A stretch of DNA of 63,766 bases, the filler included, from Collodictyon triciliatum (taxonomy: Eukaryota), in the NCBI GenBank assembly GCA_043381765.1. It is 2 parts of 2 records of this genome, joined end to end, with 100 filler letters (N's around TTAATTAATTAA, not from the genome) between each part and the next. Parts side by side here need not be neighbours in the genome. Positions count along the whole stretch, not along the records: positions 31,951 to 63,766 come from JBHJMP010000926.1; 1 more part is not named here. The stretch is one strand, 5' to 3'. The position numbers were made by a program, and so were the translations under genes. Position 1 is the stretch's first letter. The number at the start of each line of letters is the position of its first letter. This document shows, in pieces, positions 34,449-45,028 of the stretch. The notes under the pieces are model-generated. The model did no database searches and was not told where the DNA came from. It saw nothing but the letters and a program-made list of their open reading frames with translations.

Positions 34449-35380
34449 TCAGCACATCACGGAGCTGTGCGTGAGAGAGGCTTTAGGATTTGAGCGGGAG
34501 CATCTCTTTCTCAGGCTAGAAAACACGCTATTCATTCCACAGTTGATTTCTGGTTGAAGTCCCCGATGGAGTTTGAAATAGAGCTCCAAAGTCCCTCCAC
34601 TCCCTTTGATATGGTTTTTCATCGGCTTCGATTTCACAAAAGAGAATACCATAGCTGCAAACATCTGCCTTTTCGTTGTGCCACTCTACTTTCATAACCT
34701 TGTTGTTACAAGCAATTAAAAACCGTATGTGGCTTTCTTCTTTGCTTATTAAACAGAACAAAACAAAAACAGACCAAGAAGTAGAAGCAGTATGTTGCAT
34801 TTTCTGCAGGATTTCCTTTTTAATTTTGTCTCATCATTACTTCGGGAGTCTGGTAAACCATAGCCCACACTTTGACGTCGTCCTGTTTGCCCTGGCCCTT
34901 GCAAATCCAAAGTCACAAATCTCGCTACAAAGCCTCGATCAACCTGTCAATATTTTAATCTGGCTTCGTGGACTCACTCTTTCGTAACCAGTTATAACAG
35001 GCTTGCCGCATAAATGAATAAAAAAATTCCCTTGAACGTGTCATTGATCCTGTCATGATAAAAAACCAGTAGTGTGCACTTTAACATTTCCAGATTTCAA
35101 GTCTTGACGAGAAACAATACACTTAAGGCTGTGCTGACAGGCCATCACCTCTATTACTGCGGACAATTCATATTCTATGACTGAAAAAAAGGTAAATAAA
35201 TGTTAGGAAAAATGGTATAGAGTTAATGAAGGAGCCTTCTTGCCATACCCTTTGATCAGTTGAGAGTGGTTTTGCAATATTTGTCAAAGATTTTCTGATA
35301 TTGCATTATTTCATGTATTAGCTTATCGAGGGGGCTTTCCACAAGCTTCAAGAAACTCAACGACGTTCAGATGCTACAAT
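34449..35380 (-). pseudogene. decayed TKL/Raf-like protein kinase pseudogene
   Basis: Ordered remnants HLNVVEFLEACGKPPR*, MACQHSLKCIVSRQDLKSGNV, ICDFGFAR..KCG/(frameshift)YQTPEVM, NEKADVCSYGILFCEI...KPY and GLQPEI...SLRKRC. Contains stops, frameshifts and a degraded HRD motif. Confidence 0.8.
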
Positions 35381-35912
35381 CTTCGAAAAATAAATCTACG
35401 ACATTGAATGATCGATTCTTTCATCTTTTTATTTCATCTTCTTTTATCTTCGGGAGTTAAAATAGGTCGCTTTTCTTTTTCTTTTAAAAAAATGGAGTGA
35501 CTGGGTTTTGTGAAGTAAATTAGATAGACATAGACAAGGATTGAGCGAAAGGTTGCAAGTGATAGTATGAAGCGAAACCCCGATTAACACCATATTTAAA
35601 TAGAATGCAGACGCTGAAGAACAAAGGATGAAGTTGGGATTATTTAACATGTAACTAATTTGAGTTAAACGTTAGACACGCTCGATGTGCAATCAGTAAT
35701 TTTTTTTTAAAAAATTGATGTGTGTGTTTTTAACCTTATAACATCATTATCTCTCTCGTCAGCCTTAATGATTTAATCAAATCTCAATACACACCAGCCT
35801 GATTTTACCACCTCATTTTTTTAAAATATTTGGATAGCCTGAAACTCTTTACTTTCAAAAAACAGAGCAAAGTATGAACTTACTATCTTCCTTATAAAAG
35901 TATCATAATTTG

Positions 35913-36151
35913 ATGACTGCCTTTAAATTGCTGAGAAAGATATTAAACCTCGCCTTGTATCTATCATGCAAGCACAAGACCCAGGCTACAGGCCAAACCG
36001 CAGGATGCAATTCCTGATTACCGACTACTTCTCCGCCACCCGGCCACCAAGTAGCGTCCATGCAAACGATGGCCAGCGAACCAAAGCCAACATCTCCACC
36101 ATCCTGCACAAAATTGAAAGGAAGAATAAAAAAAATGACTGCCTTTAAATT
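35913..36151 (+). mobile_element. 5'-truncated non-LTR retroelement insertion (~205 bp) with 17-bp TSD
   Basis: Perfect direct repeat ATGACTGCCTTTAAATT at 35913-35929 and 36135-36151. It flanks a GC-richer insert ending ...GAAAGGAAGAATAAA plus an A tail. Confidence 0.8.
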
Positions 36152-36996
36152 AGTTTTTTTTATCAAGTACTAAGTGCACTTTATACTAGTTTTTATACTT
36201 TAAGCCGATCAGGTGCTACTCAGAATTGTTTTCCTTTTTTATAAGGTCTTCAAATGATAAGACAAAAGAGGCATTTCTCTGAAATTGAATAGTGAATAAA
36301 ATTATAAATCATTTCAGCTTTTGATTTTGTATTATTATAGAGCATGTTTGAACAACTTCCAAAAGAAAAAAAACAGCTTCTTGTAAATGACACTCTATTG
36401 CCCTCAACAAGTACTCACATCGAAAATAGAGACTAATGCCAACACCCAAAAAACTGTTTCTAAAAATATGTTAATTCTTTTAGTAAAAAAAAATATATGA
36501 ATGAAGTTTGTTATTTTACCACATAAGGGCTGGTGGTGCATAATCATCCATGTCTTGATGACGAACAGAGTTCTCACTTAATCCTCGTCCAATTTTCTCC
36601 ACTGAAGATGAAGTGGGCATGAAGAAAGATTAACATATATTCTTGAGAAAGTGTAAAAAGTCATGCATCTTTCCTAACATGAAATCGTGTATTTTAAACA
36701 GAAACATAAGGGCTAAATATACACAAAATTTTAAATAGCAGGTAGTCTCTTAGGCATACAATTCCACCAAAAACTGCCATTTGATTGTTGAAAACGATTT
36801 TCACCCGGAAATATATTCTCCCAGCGTGTGCTTATCAAAACTGATTTCTATGAATTTTGATATCTATTACTATCAATACAAAAACATAATTAATACTTGC
36901 AGGCTTTAAAATAAAAATACAGTCAATCGCATTAAAGAACAACTCGTCGTTCAAAGTGGGCAAATTTAACCTGAAATTATTACTATGCTTTTTTTT

Positions 36997-37040
<44 letters not shown>

Positions 37041-37134
37041 ATGCTGCAATCACCCTGTGATGGTGATGGTTCAATTTTGTATGTAGTGTATAGTTTTGGA
37101 GTCTCTCCAGAAAATTCTTCAAGATTTTAATTAT

Positions 37135-37214
37135 TTGCATTCGTTTCATTTTTTTTTATTTTTTATTCTTCCTTTCAACTTTTGTGCAGGACCGAGGGGT
37201 TGCATTCGTTTCAT
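37135..37214 (-). mobile_element. second, 50-bp copy of the same retroelement 3' end with 15-bp TSD
   Basis: Direct repeat TTGCATTCGTTTCAT at 37135-37149 and 37200-37214. The insert (minus strand) reads CCCCTCGGTCCTGCACAAAAGTTGAAAGGAAGAATAAAAAATAAAAAAAA, which matches 36102-36134. Confidence 0.8.
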
Positions 37215-38340
37215 ATGTCACATTGAGGCTTCTTTCACACGCGTAAAATACTGGATAGGTCTAAATGTATTAACGTTGAATATTGTGTGTGGAGGAAGAG
37301 GCCCAATATGTACCTGAACATTTTCAAAAAGTACATGTCGAGTTGCTCACTATTGCTTGTGTCCCAAATAATATCGAATATATCTCGGAAGAACTTTTGA
37401 TTCATCCCAGTTTTTGGACGATAGCATCATTCTTTTTAAAGAAGAAAAAACGGTAAGGTGCTATTTTCTGAACGAGGCTGTAATACACTTGATATACTCA
37501 CTTGCATTCTACTTTCAAATCACGCATGTTGGATAGTAGTAATAAAACTCATAAGAAAATTAATCTCCTGTTCCATGAAAGCAAATAATTACAGCCGTGC
37601 AAACATTACTACGAGGGTTGAAAGGAACAGATTTTTTGCGAACATCGGTTGAGCTTGGGTGAGTTTGGGCTATGTTTTGTCAGTCATCACATCAATGAGT
37701 TGCGAGTGGTGAAAAAATTTGATGCACAAAGGCTAGAAGAAGAAAAAAGACTAGAAGAAAAGTGGTTCCAATGTTGTTTGTCCAAATCTAAGTGGATGCT
37801 TTATTCCCCTTTATTCAATTCAAAGAAAACTAAGAGGGTGCTGAGTCTATACCGCCTCCGAAGATGTAGTGTGTTTCCCATATCATTACAAACATGAATT
37901 TGCGCGCAGCTGAAGCATCGTTGGANNNNNNNNNNNNNNNNNNNNNNNNNNNNNNNNNNNNNNNNNNNNNNNNNNNNNNNNNNNNNNNNNNNNNNNNNNN
38001 NNNNNNNNNNNNNNNNNNNNNNNNNNNNNNNNNNNNNNNNNNNNNNNNNNNNNNNNNNNNNNNNNNNNNNNNNNNNNNNNNNNNNNNNNNNNNNNNNNNN
38101 NNNNNNNNNNNNNNNNNNNNNNNNNNNNNNNNNNNNNNNNNNNNNNNNNNNNNNNNNNNNNNNNNNNNNNNNNNNNNNNNNNNNNNNNNNNNNNNNNNNN
38201 NNNNNNNNNNNNNNNNNNNNNNNNNNNNNNNNNNNNNNNNNNNNNNNNNNNNNNNNNNNNNNNNNNNNNNNNNNNNNNNNNNNNNNNNNNNNNNNNNNNN
38301 NNNNNNNNNNNNNNNNNNNNNNNNNNNNNNNNNNNNNNCG

Positions 38341-39857
38341 GTGCTGAAGGTTGTTCAGTCCATGGGCGCCAAGATTCTTCCTGAGGAAGGCAACCTTCGC
38401 ACCTGCACCAAACTCTCGATATGCCCGCCTGTAGAGAGAGGATTTCCGGAAGGCATAACCCGACTCACAAATCTTATTTCTCTCACGCTCGATGAGATGT
38501 ACATCTACGATCTTCCGCCCAGCTTTTCGGCTCTGTCGCGACTGCGCCTTCTTCATCTTCGGCAAAATCCGTTCAAATCTGTCCCAGTCGTGCTTTTTGC
38601 ATGGGTTTTACGCCAAAATGCTGGAAGTGGCTCAGCCAGTGGAGAATCGGAGAGGCAGTTTGTTTTTGCGAACTTGGTGGAGTTGGATCTTTCGGTCAAT
38701 CGGATCTCTTACCTGCCGGACGATATTTCGGTGCTGCTTTCGCTGACAAAGTTGAACTTGAGCGGTGTTTGTGTAAGTGGCATTCGTTTGGCTCCTTCAT
38801 CAAAAAATAAAAATTATATAAGAAAAATATGTCAAAGCCACATGTTCTTTTCCCTCTGTTTGGATGTAAGTGGTACATGTTGAAATACGTAATCTTCCAA
38901 CTGGGTTAAACATAAACTGTTCATCATAGATGTCACCATATTTTTTTGGAAAGTATTTTAGCGATGCAATAAGAATACTCACTCACTTGATAATATAATT
39001 TTTTAACAATAATTTACTATCCAATAAAGTATTTACTAAATTGCCCATAAAACGTTGTGATACTCTCATAGGCTGAGGCTCTTCCTGTTGGGCTTACAAG
39101 CCTTACAAATCTACTGGAATTGGAGGTCGAAAAGATTTCCGGTATCGGTTTGAGCAAAGCGCCAGTCGGCATCACTGGCTTACCCTGCTGGAGACTTGCA
39201 TCAAGAGCTGCATCAAGATCTTCGCAAACATCAGCTCTGCTCTCTCTGGTTTTGTATGAAAAGACCTATGTCGGGCTGAATCTCCAATGTATAGCTCATT
39301 TAATGACGGCTTTGAAAAATATTAGAGCAGTAGACCTGTCTGACAACCAAGTGAGTACTTTTTTTCTTCTTGCCAATTTGTTCTCTCTATTTCCTTTTTT
39401 TTTTTCATCGAGATTTTTATTTCGTTGCTGCTGTTGCTGTTGTTGCTGTTGTTTTTGTTGTTTTTGTTGTTGCTGTTGTTGCTGTTGTTGCTGTTGTTGC
39501 TGTTGTTTTTGTTGTTGCTGTTGTTGCTGTTGTTGCTGTTGTTTTTGTTGTTGCTGTTGTTTTTGTTGTTGCTGTTGTTGCTGTTGTTTTTATTGTTGCT
39601 GTTGTTGCTGTTGTTGCTGTTGTTTTTATTGTTGCTGTTGTTGTTGCTGTTGTTGTTGCTGTTGTTGTTGTTGTTTTTGTTGCTGTTTTTGTTGTTGTTT
39701 TTGTTGTTGTTTTTGTTGTTGTTTTTGTTGTTTTTGTTGTTTTTGTTGTTTTTGTTGTTGTTTTTGTTGTTGTTTTTGTTGTTGTTTTTGTTGTTGTTTT
39801 TGTTGTTGTTTTTGTTGTTTTTGTTGTTTTTGTTGTTTTTGTTGTTGCTGTTGTTGC

Positions 39858-39927
<70 letters not shown>

Positions 39928-42900
39928 GCTGTTGTTGCTGTTGTTGCTGTTTTTGTTGTTGCTGTTGTTGCTGTTGTTTTTGTTGTTGCTGTTGTTGCTG
40001 TTGTTGCTGTTGATGTATCACACAACCATGTACTCTAGATTTCCACTTTGCCTGAATCATTCAGTACACTCTCATCCTTGGTTGCCCTCTTCATGAGTGG
40101 AAATATGGTAGGAACTGAGCTTCAGTTTGAAAAAAAAAAAGACAGAAAACGTTATCTGACCTGCGTTATGGCACTCTTCTGATTTAATAATTGCATGGCC
40201 TTGATTTATGCAGCTTTCTGAAATACCGACGGGTTTAATGAGAATGACGTGGCTACAGCAGCTTGTTTTGTCTAATAATCAAGTATATTTTAGAAACTCG
40301 AAAGAAATAAATTTTAACTCTTGTTTCTTCAAATCGTCATTTTTTTAACAATTATTCTTTTATTGAAGATATCGATTTTACCTGACATGCAATCAATGAC
40401 CAATTTGGTGATGTTATCACTTGGAGGGAATAATTTTCAACCTATGGTATCAGAATTAGTCAAGTCTATAAATGCTCCAGACAGAAGCTTTAAAATGATT
40501 CAAAATAGCTTCAAATCTTTATCAGAAGAGATTTCTCATCTTCCAGATATTTTCACAAAATATGTCATCAAACATATGAAAGTATAGCTTTCTATCAGTT
40601 TTTTTTAATTTGATTTAGAAATATTTTCTATCTCTTATCATTATGGTGGTGGCATATTTGTTTGGCTTTTTTTTCGGATTTTTAAAATTGATTTAGCATT
40701 TTAAAATACCTTTCATCTGTGAGAAATTCGAATTAATGAACCAATATCAATATAGTGTCTAGTACTGCCTCCAATAGAACTTTTCACAAAGACAAATATC
40801 GTCCACCTCAAAATGTCAAAAAACTCTATTAAAGATATTCCTGAGAGCATTTCTTTACTGACCAACTTAATCAGCCTTGATTTGAGCCACAATAAAATTA
40901 TGAGATTGCCTGAAGCATTGAGTAGATTGGAGAAAATATCATGCTTGAGATTGTATAAAAACGGCCTGTCTACTTTTCCTAGAGGACTTCACCGCCTTAC
41001 CAACCTGACAGAGTTGAGAATACACAACAACTATGTGAGTAGATTAGAAACCGGCTGATTAAATTTTAATGTATTTAATCTTTATATCTTTATATCTTTA
41101 TACTTATCCATTTATGACCTATTACTGAAGCATCCTTTGTCAATTATCCGCAAAATCGTTCAAATATATATATATATCTAAGTAATGTGAGAAATACGTA
41201 CGAGCATGAACCCATCATTAATCGGCTTTAGATAGAATACATACCTGATTACATCTCTCGGCTCCAAAAGCTCAGGATATTTAGTGTCTCAAAAGATTAC
41301 TTCGTCCAGCAAAGAATATCCAAACATCTCTATTACTCTAGCTCATACCGTGCGCTCAATTCAAGTATCGGGAGTCTGAAAAATCATTATTCTTCTGAAT
41401 GGAACACTCCTACACTGTATGATTGCATTCTCGCCAACGAAGCGATCGAGACCGTAACTCTACACCACAGGACATGGTTCAGCTACGAATCCATTGATCT
41501 TTCATTCAATGAGGTTTGAAGAGAGAAAAAATGCGTCCAATGGAATTTAATCTAGTTTTACCTCTTTGTTTGGAAGAGTTTTTTTTTTTTCAAATTAATC
41601 GCATGCTTTGTCTAAATACACACACACAATAGATAACAAACTTACCTGATTCGTTCACACGGCTCATCAATTTGAAGGAACTCCTACTTAAGAAAAATCT
41701 GGTAGGCTAAAATGAAGGGAAAGCTCGATAAGTGTATTGGAAATCATTATTCCATGCACATTCATTGGAGACATCGCATATGCAAGCGATGCACTAATGT
41801 AACTTACCAATTAACTTAGCTCTGTGAAATTCCTGCTGTCTTGCTGCAGATGGGGGGGATAAGAGTACTTGACGTGTCTGGAAATCAAGTACCCCTTACA
41901 TAACCTTCTGATTATATTTCATCAGGATTGATTGTTGACCACAATTTTAATTTCATGTATTTACCTTCGTTACTGTATTTTATGCTGATTTCAACTGATT
42001 CTACTTCACGTATTTGCAGTATTAAAAAAAAGTGAAAAGAAAGATAGGCTGGGGCAGGTATGTTAACGAATTTTGAATACATCTAGATATCAAAAGTGTG
42101 CAATATGAGCCGCATGACGTCTTTGGTGACCCTCAACCTGGAACAAAACATGTTGCCCCAGAATTATGTGATATGTTTCAAAGGAGTTGACCTTGCTAGT
42201 AACGCAACAGAAGTCCATTATTTTATTTCACAAAGAAATTCAATGAATGCCACTAATATTCAGAGACTTAAGGATTGTCTCTACCATTTACTTCCATTAC
42301 TTCCCCGAAAAGAGGCTTTTAGATATACAAATTATCTCGTTAGTATCATTCCTATTATTCATATATTCTTTTTGCTTTTCTTTATTTCAAAATTATTGGT
42401 TCATGAACAAAATCTATTCGTACCGTTAATGAATGAAAAGAAAAGAAAAAGGCAATATCCAGTTTTCTCTTATGAAATAGTTTTTGTTGTATGGAATATA
42501 CATCATGGCTTGTTATGATTACATCATTTCGATTATTTTTTTAACATGTCACAAAGAGGCGAATAATACTATGATTACATATGTTTATGAAAGCCTCGTG
42601 CAGTCCTTTGAATGTTCTACTAGTATGTCGTTGTTAAAAAAAAGGAATGTATACAGGAAGTGCGTATTCCCAAATTCGTCTTTAGTATGGTATGGTTGAA
42701 AAGCCTGAGTCTGCCATCAAACGGGATAACTTCCCTTCCTTCAGAAATCCGTCTGCTAAAGCAAATAACGAAGCTTGAGCTCCAAACCAATGCACTCTCT
42801 TCCTTGCCGAACGAGATATCGACTTTGATTAATCTTCGTGTGCTCTTTATATCCTACAACACGATATCTTGCATCCCTGATGGTCTGTCGGCCCTAACCA

Positions 42901-43260
42901 AACTTCACACTATCGACATGGGATACAACAGGGTATCTATTTTGCCACCGTCTTTTTTCCAACTGACAAATCTCGAGGAGCTAGTCATATCAGATAATCC
43001 GGTATGCATTAATATATATATATATATTCTGGTTAAGAGTAAATGATACTCGAATCCGCAAATCGCATCATGAACGTGTGACAGACCATTAGCTAGCCCT
43101 AGAATCCATTCAAAGTCCTCCATCAAATGTATTTAAAACTCTGCTCAGTCAGAGACGAAATAACAGCAAAAGCATAGACACACATACATACATACATACA
43201 TACATACATACATACATACATACATACATACATACATACATACATACATACATACATACA

Positions 43261-43292
<32 letters not shown>

Positions 43293-44458
43293 CACACAGC
43301 GATGCATTCAAAGAATTTTTTTATTTGATAAGAAAGAAAGAGAGATAACAAAAGAGAAGATGCTAGGCTCTTTCCCCCGTCAGAACCTTGACATTCTTCC
43401 TCCACGCAGATGCCTGTGCTTCCGATGGGATTCTCTGCTCTCAAATATCTCAAAAGCCTGCAGAGGGTGATTCTTGACAAGCCGCTTTACATGAGAGAGT
43501 CGAGCACAGTGAGGGGGCCGGTAGGACTCACGCGCCTGCCTTGCTGGAAGTCAGACCTTGCCAGAAAAGTGAGCCATTTGGAATACAACGGGATTACCCA
43601 ATGCGACCTTGTTGTCCACGACTCAGCGCACAAGATTTCCCAGTTGGACTTGTACGAGGCTGTCTTTGCTTTCTCGTTAATCTCGGACGTGAGTCCGCTG
43701 CTTATGCGCATCGCTGGTGTCGTGTCTCTGGATTTGTCCTTCAACCAAGTCAGTTTTCACTCCCTGTCCGGCAGGAGAATGTATCATGCTTTTTGAGTCT
43801 CGTTTTCTTTTTCTTTTTTTCTCTGGCGAGCCTTAATTATTATCATTATTATTTTTTAAAAAAAAGAAAACTTTTCACGAAACTAGAAACTTGAGCGTGT
43901 TTGGCTTTCATCCTATTTTTTTTCATATTTATTCATAACCATTATTTCTCTTCCCTTTTCTTTTTTTTTTTTCTTTCTTTTTGTCGAGTTTATTCATGCG
44001 TGAAGAATACTTTCTTCTGATTCTCCACTCAGATTTCAAGCCTGCCAGATTCCTTCACCATCCTGCAATCACTCCAGAAACTGTGCCTCAGCAAGAACCT
44101 GGTGTGTGTTGCCGACTGCTTTCAGACGCCCGCTCTTTCTTCCTTTTCTACCCTTTGCTGTCGATCCTTCGTTATCATCATGTTATTGTTGGTATGACTT
44201 TTTGATGGTGGTTTTCTCGATTCTGCAGCTGACCATCATCCCGAGTCCCCTGTTCCACTTGACGAATCTCGAGGCTCTCGACCTCACAAACAACCGGGTA
44301 AGTCCCGGCCATCGCAACCGCCTCGTCTGTGGCATCACTGACACCCGTGTTTTGATCATCAGATTCAATCAGACAACTCGGAAGGCCATCACAACCGCCC
44401 GCCAGAGCGCATGGCAGGCATGTTCCCAGCAAAGCGCAAGGCCCACGATGCAGAGTAG
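38341..44458 (+). CDS. large leucine-rich-repeat protein (5' end in gap)
   Basis: Many 23-aa LRRs (LxxLxLxxNxI/LxxLPxxI) over ~15 exons, ending ...KRKAHDAE* (TAG 44456-44458). Confidence 0.92.
39424..40012. repeat. (GTT/GCT/TTT)n trinucleotide mosaic in an LRR intron
   Basis: Directly visible between donor 39351 and acceptor ~40038. Confidence 0.95.
43184..43291. repeat. (CATA)n intronic microsatellite
   Basis: Directly visible. Confidence 0.95.
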
Positions 44459-45028
44459 AATCATCGTTGTGTGTGTGGAGTGGGCCCACGGATTTCGCCA
44501 TTGAAAAAGAAATAGAGAAGACATGGATACGGAGATGATTGATGACTGATTCCGATACTGAGATAAAAGGGCATCATCATCACCAGCCATCACAACGTGC
44601 AGGAGAAAGCGAGTGGGTGACGGAATCGTGTCAATTATTTCCTTTGAATAGAAGTGAAGAGGAGAAAGGAGACGCTGCAATCAGAGGGAAACACAGAGAC
44701 GCCCTGGTAGCGAGGTGGACGGCTTCTGAAAAACGGAAACGAGAAGGAAAAAAAAAAAGGGATTGAAGAAGGGAAAAGAAGGGACTGAGTCCTCTGCGTT
44801 GGTTCGTTTCCTCCGATGCGACTCCATCCACTGTGACGGCAAAGGCAGGCCAGTTCAGAAAACCAAAACACAGAGGCTGGACAAGCGAACCCTCAGCTGC
44901 GCTTATTTGACCGGAAATTGGACAAAGGAAAGAAAAAGGTGATGATGATGATGATGATGATGAGAAAAGAGAGGAAAGAGACCAGCGGGCGGGTGAGTAA
45001 GCGAGTGACAGGCGCGTTTGCGCGCAGG

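Noticed and set aside
36102-37191. ~32-bp inverted repeat suggesting a 1.1-kb MITE
   Set aside because: There is no TSD outside the pair. Each arm has its own TSD and A tail, so these are two independent retro-insertions.
39120-40096. Poly-Cys/Val/Leu/Gln/Thr ORFs (and similar Phe/Leu-rich ORFs at 12487, 17617 and 53674)
   Set aside because: They are translations of intronic microsatellites.
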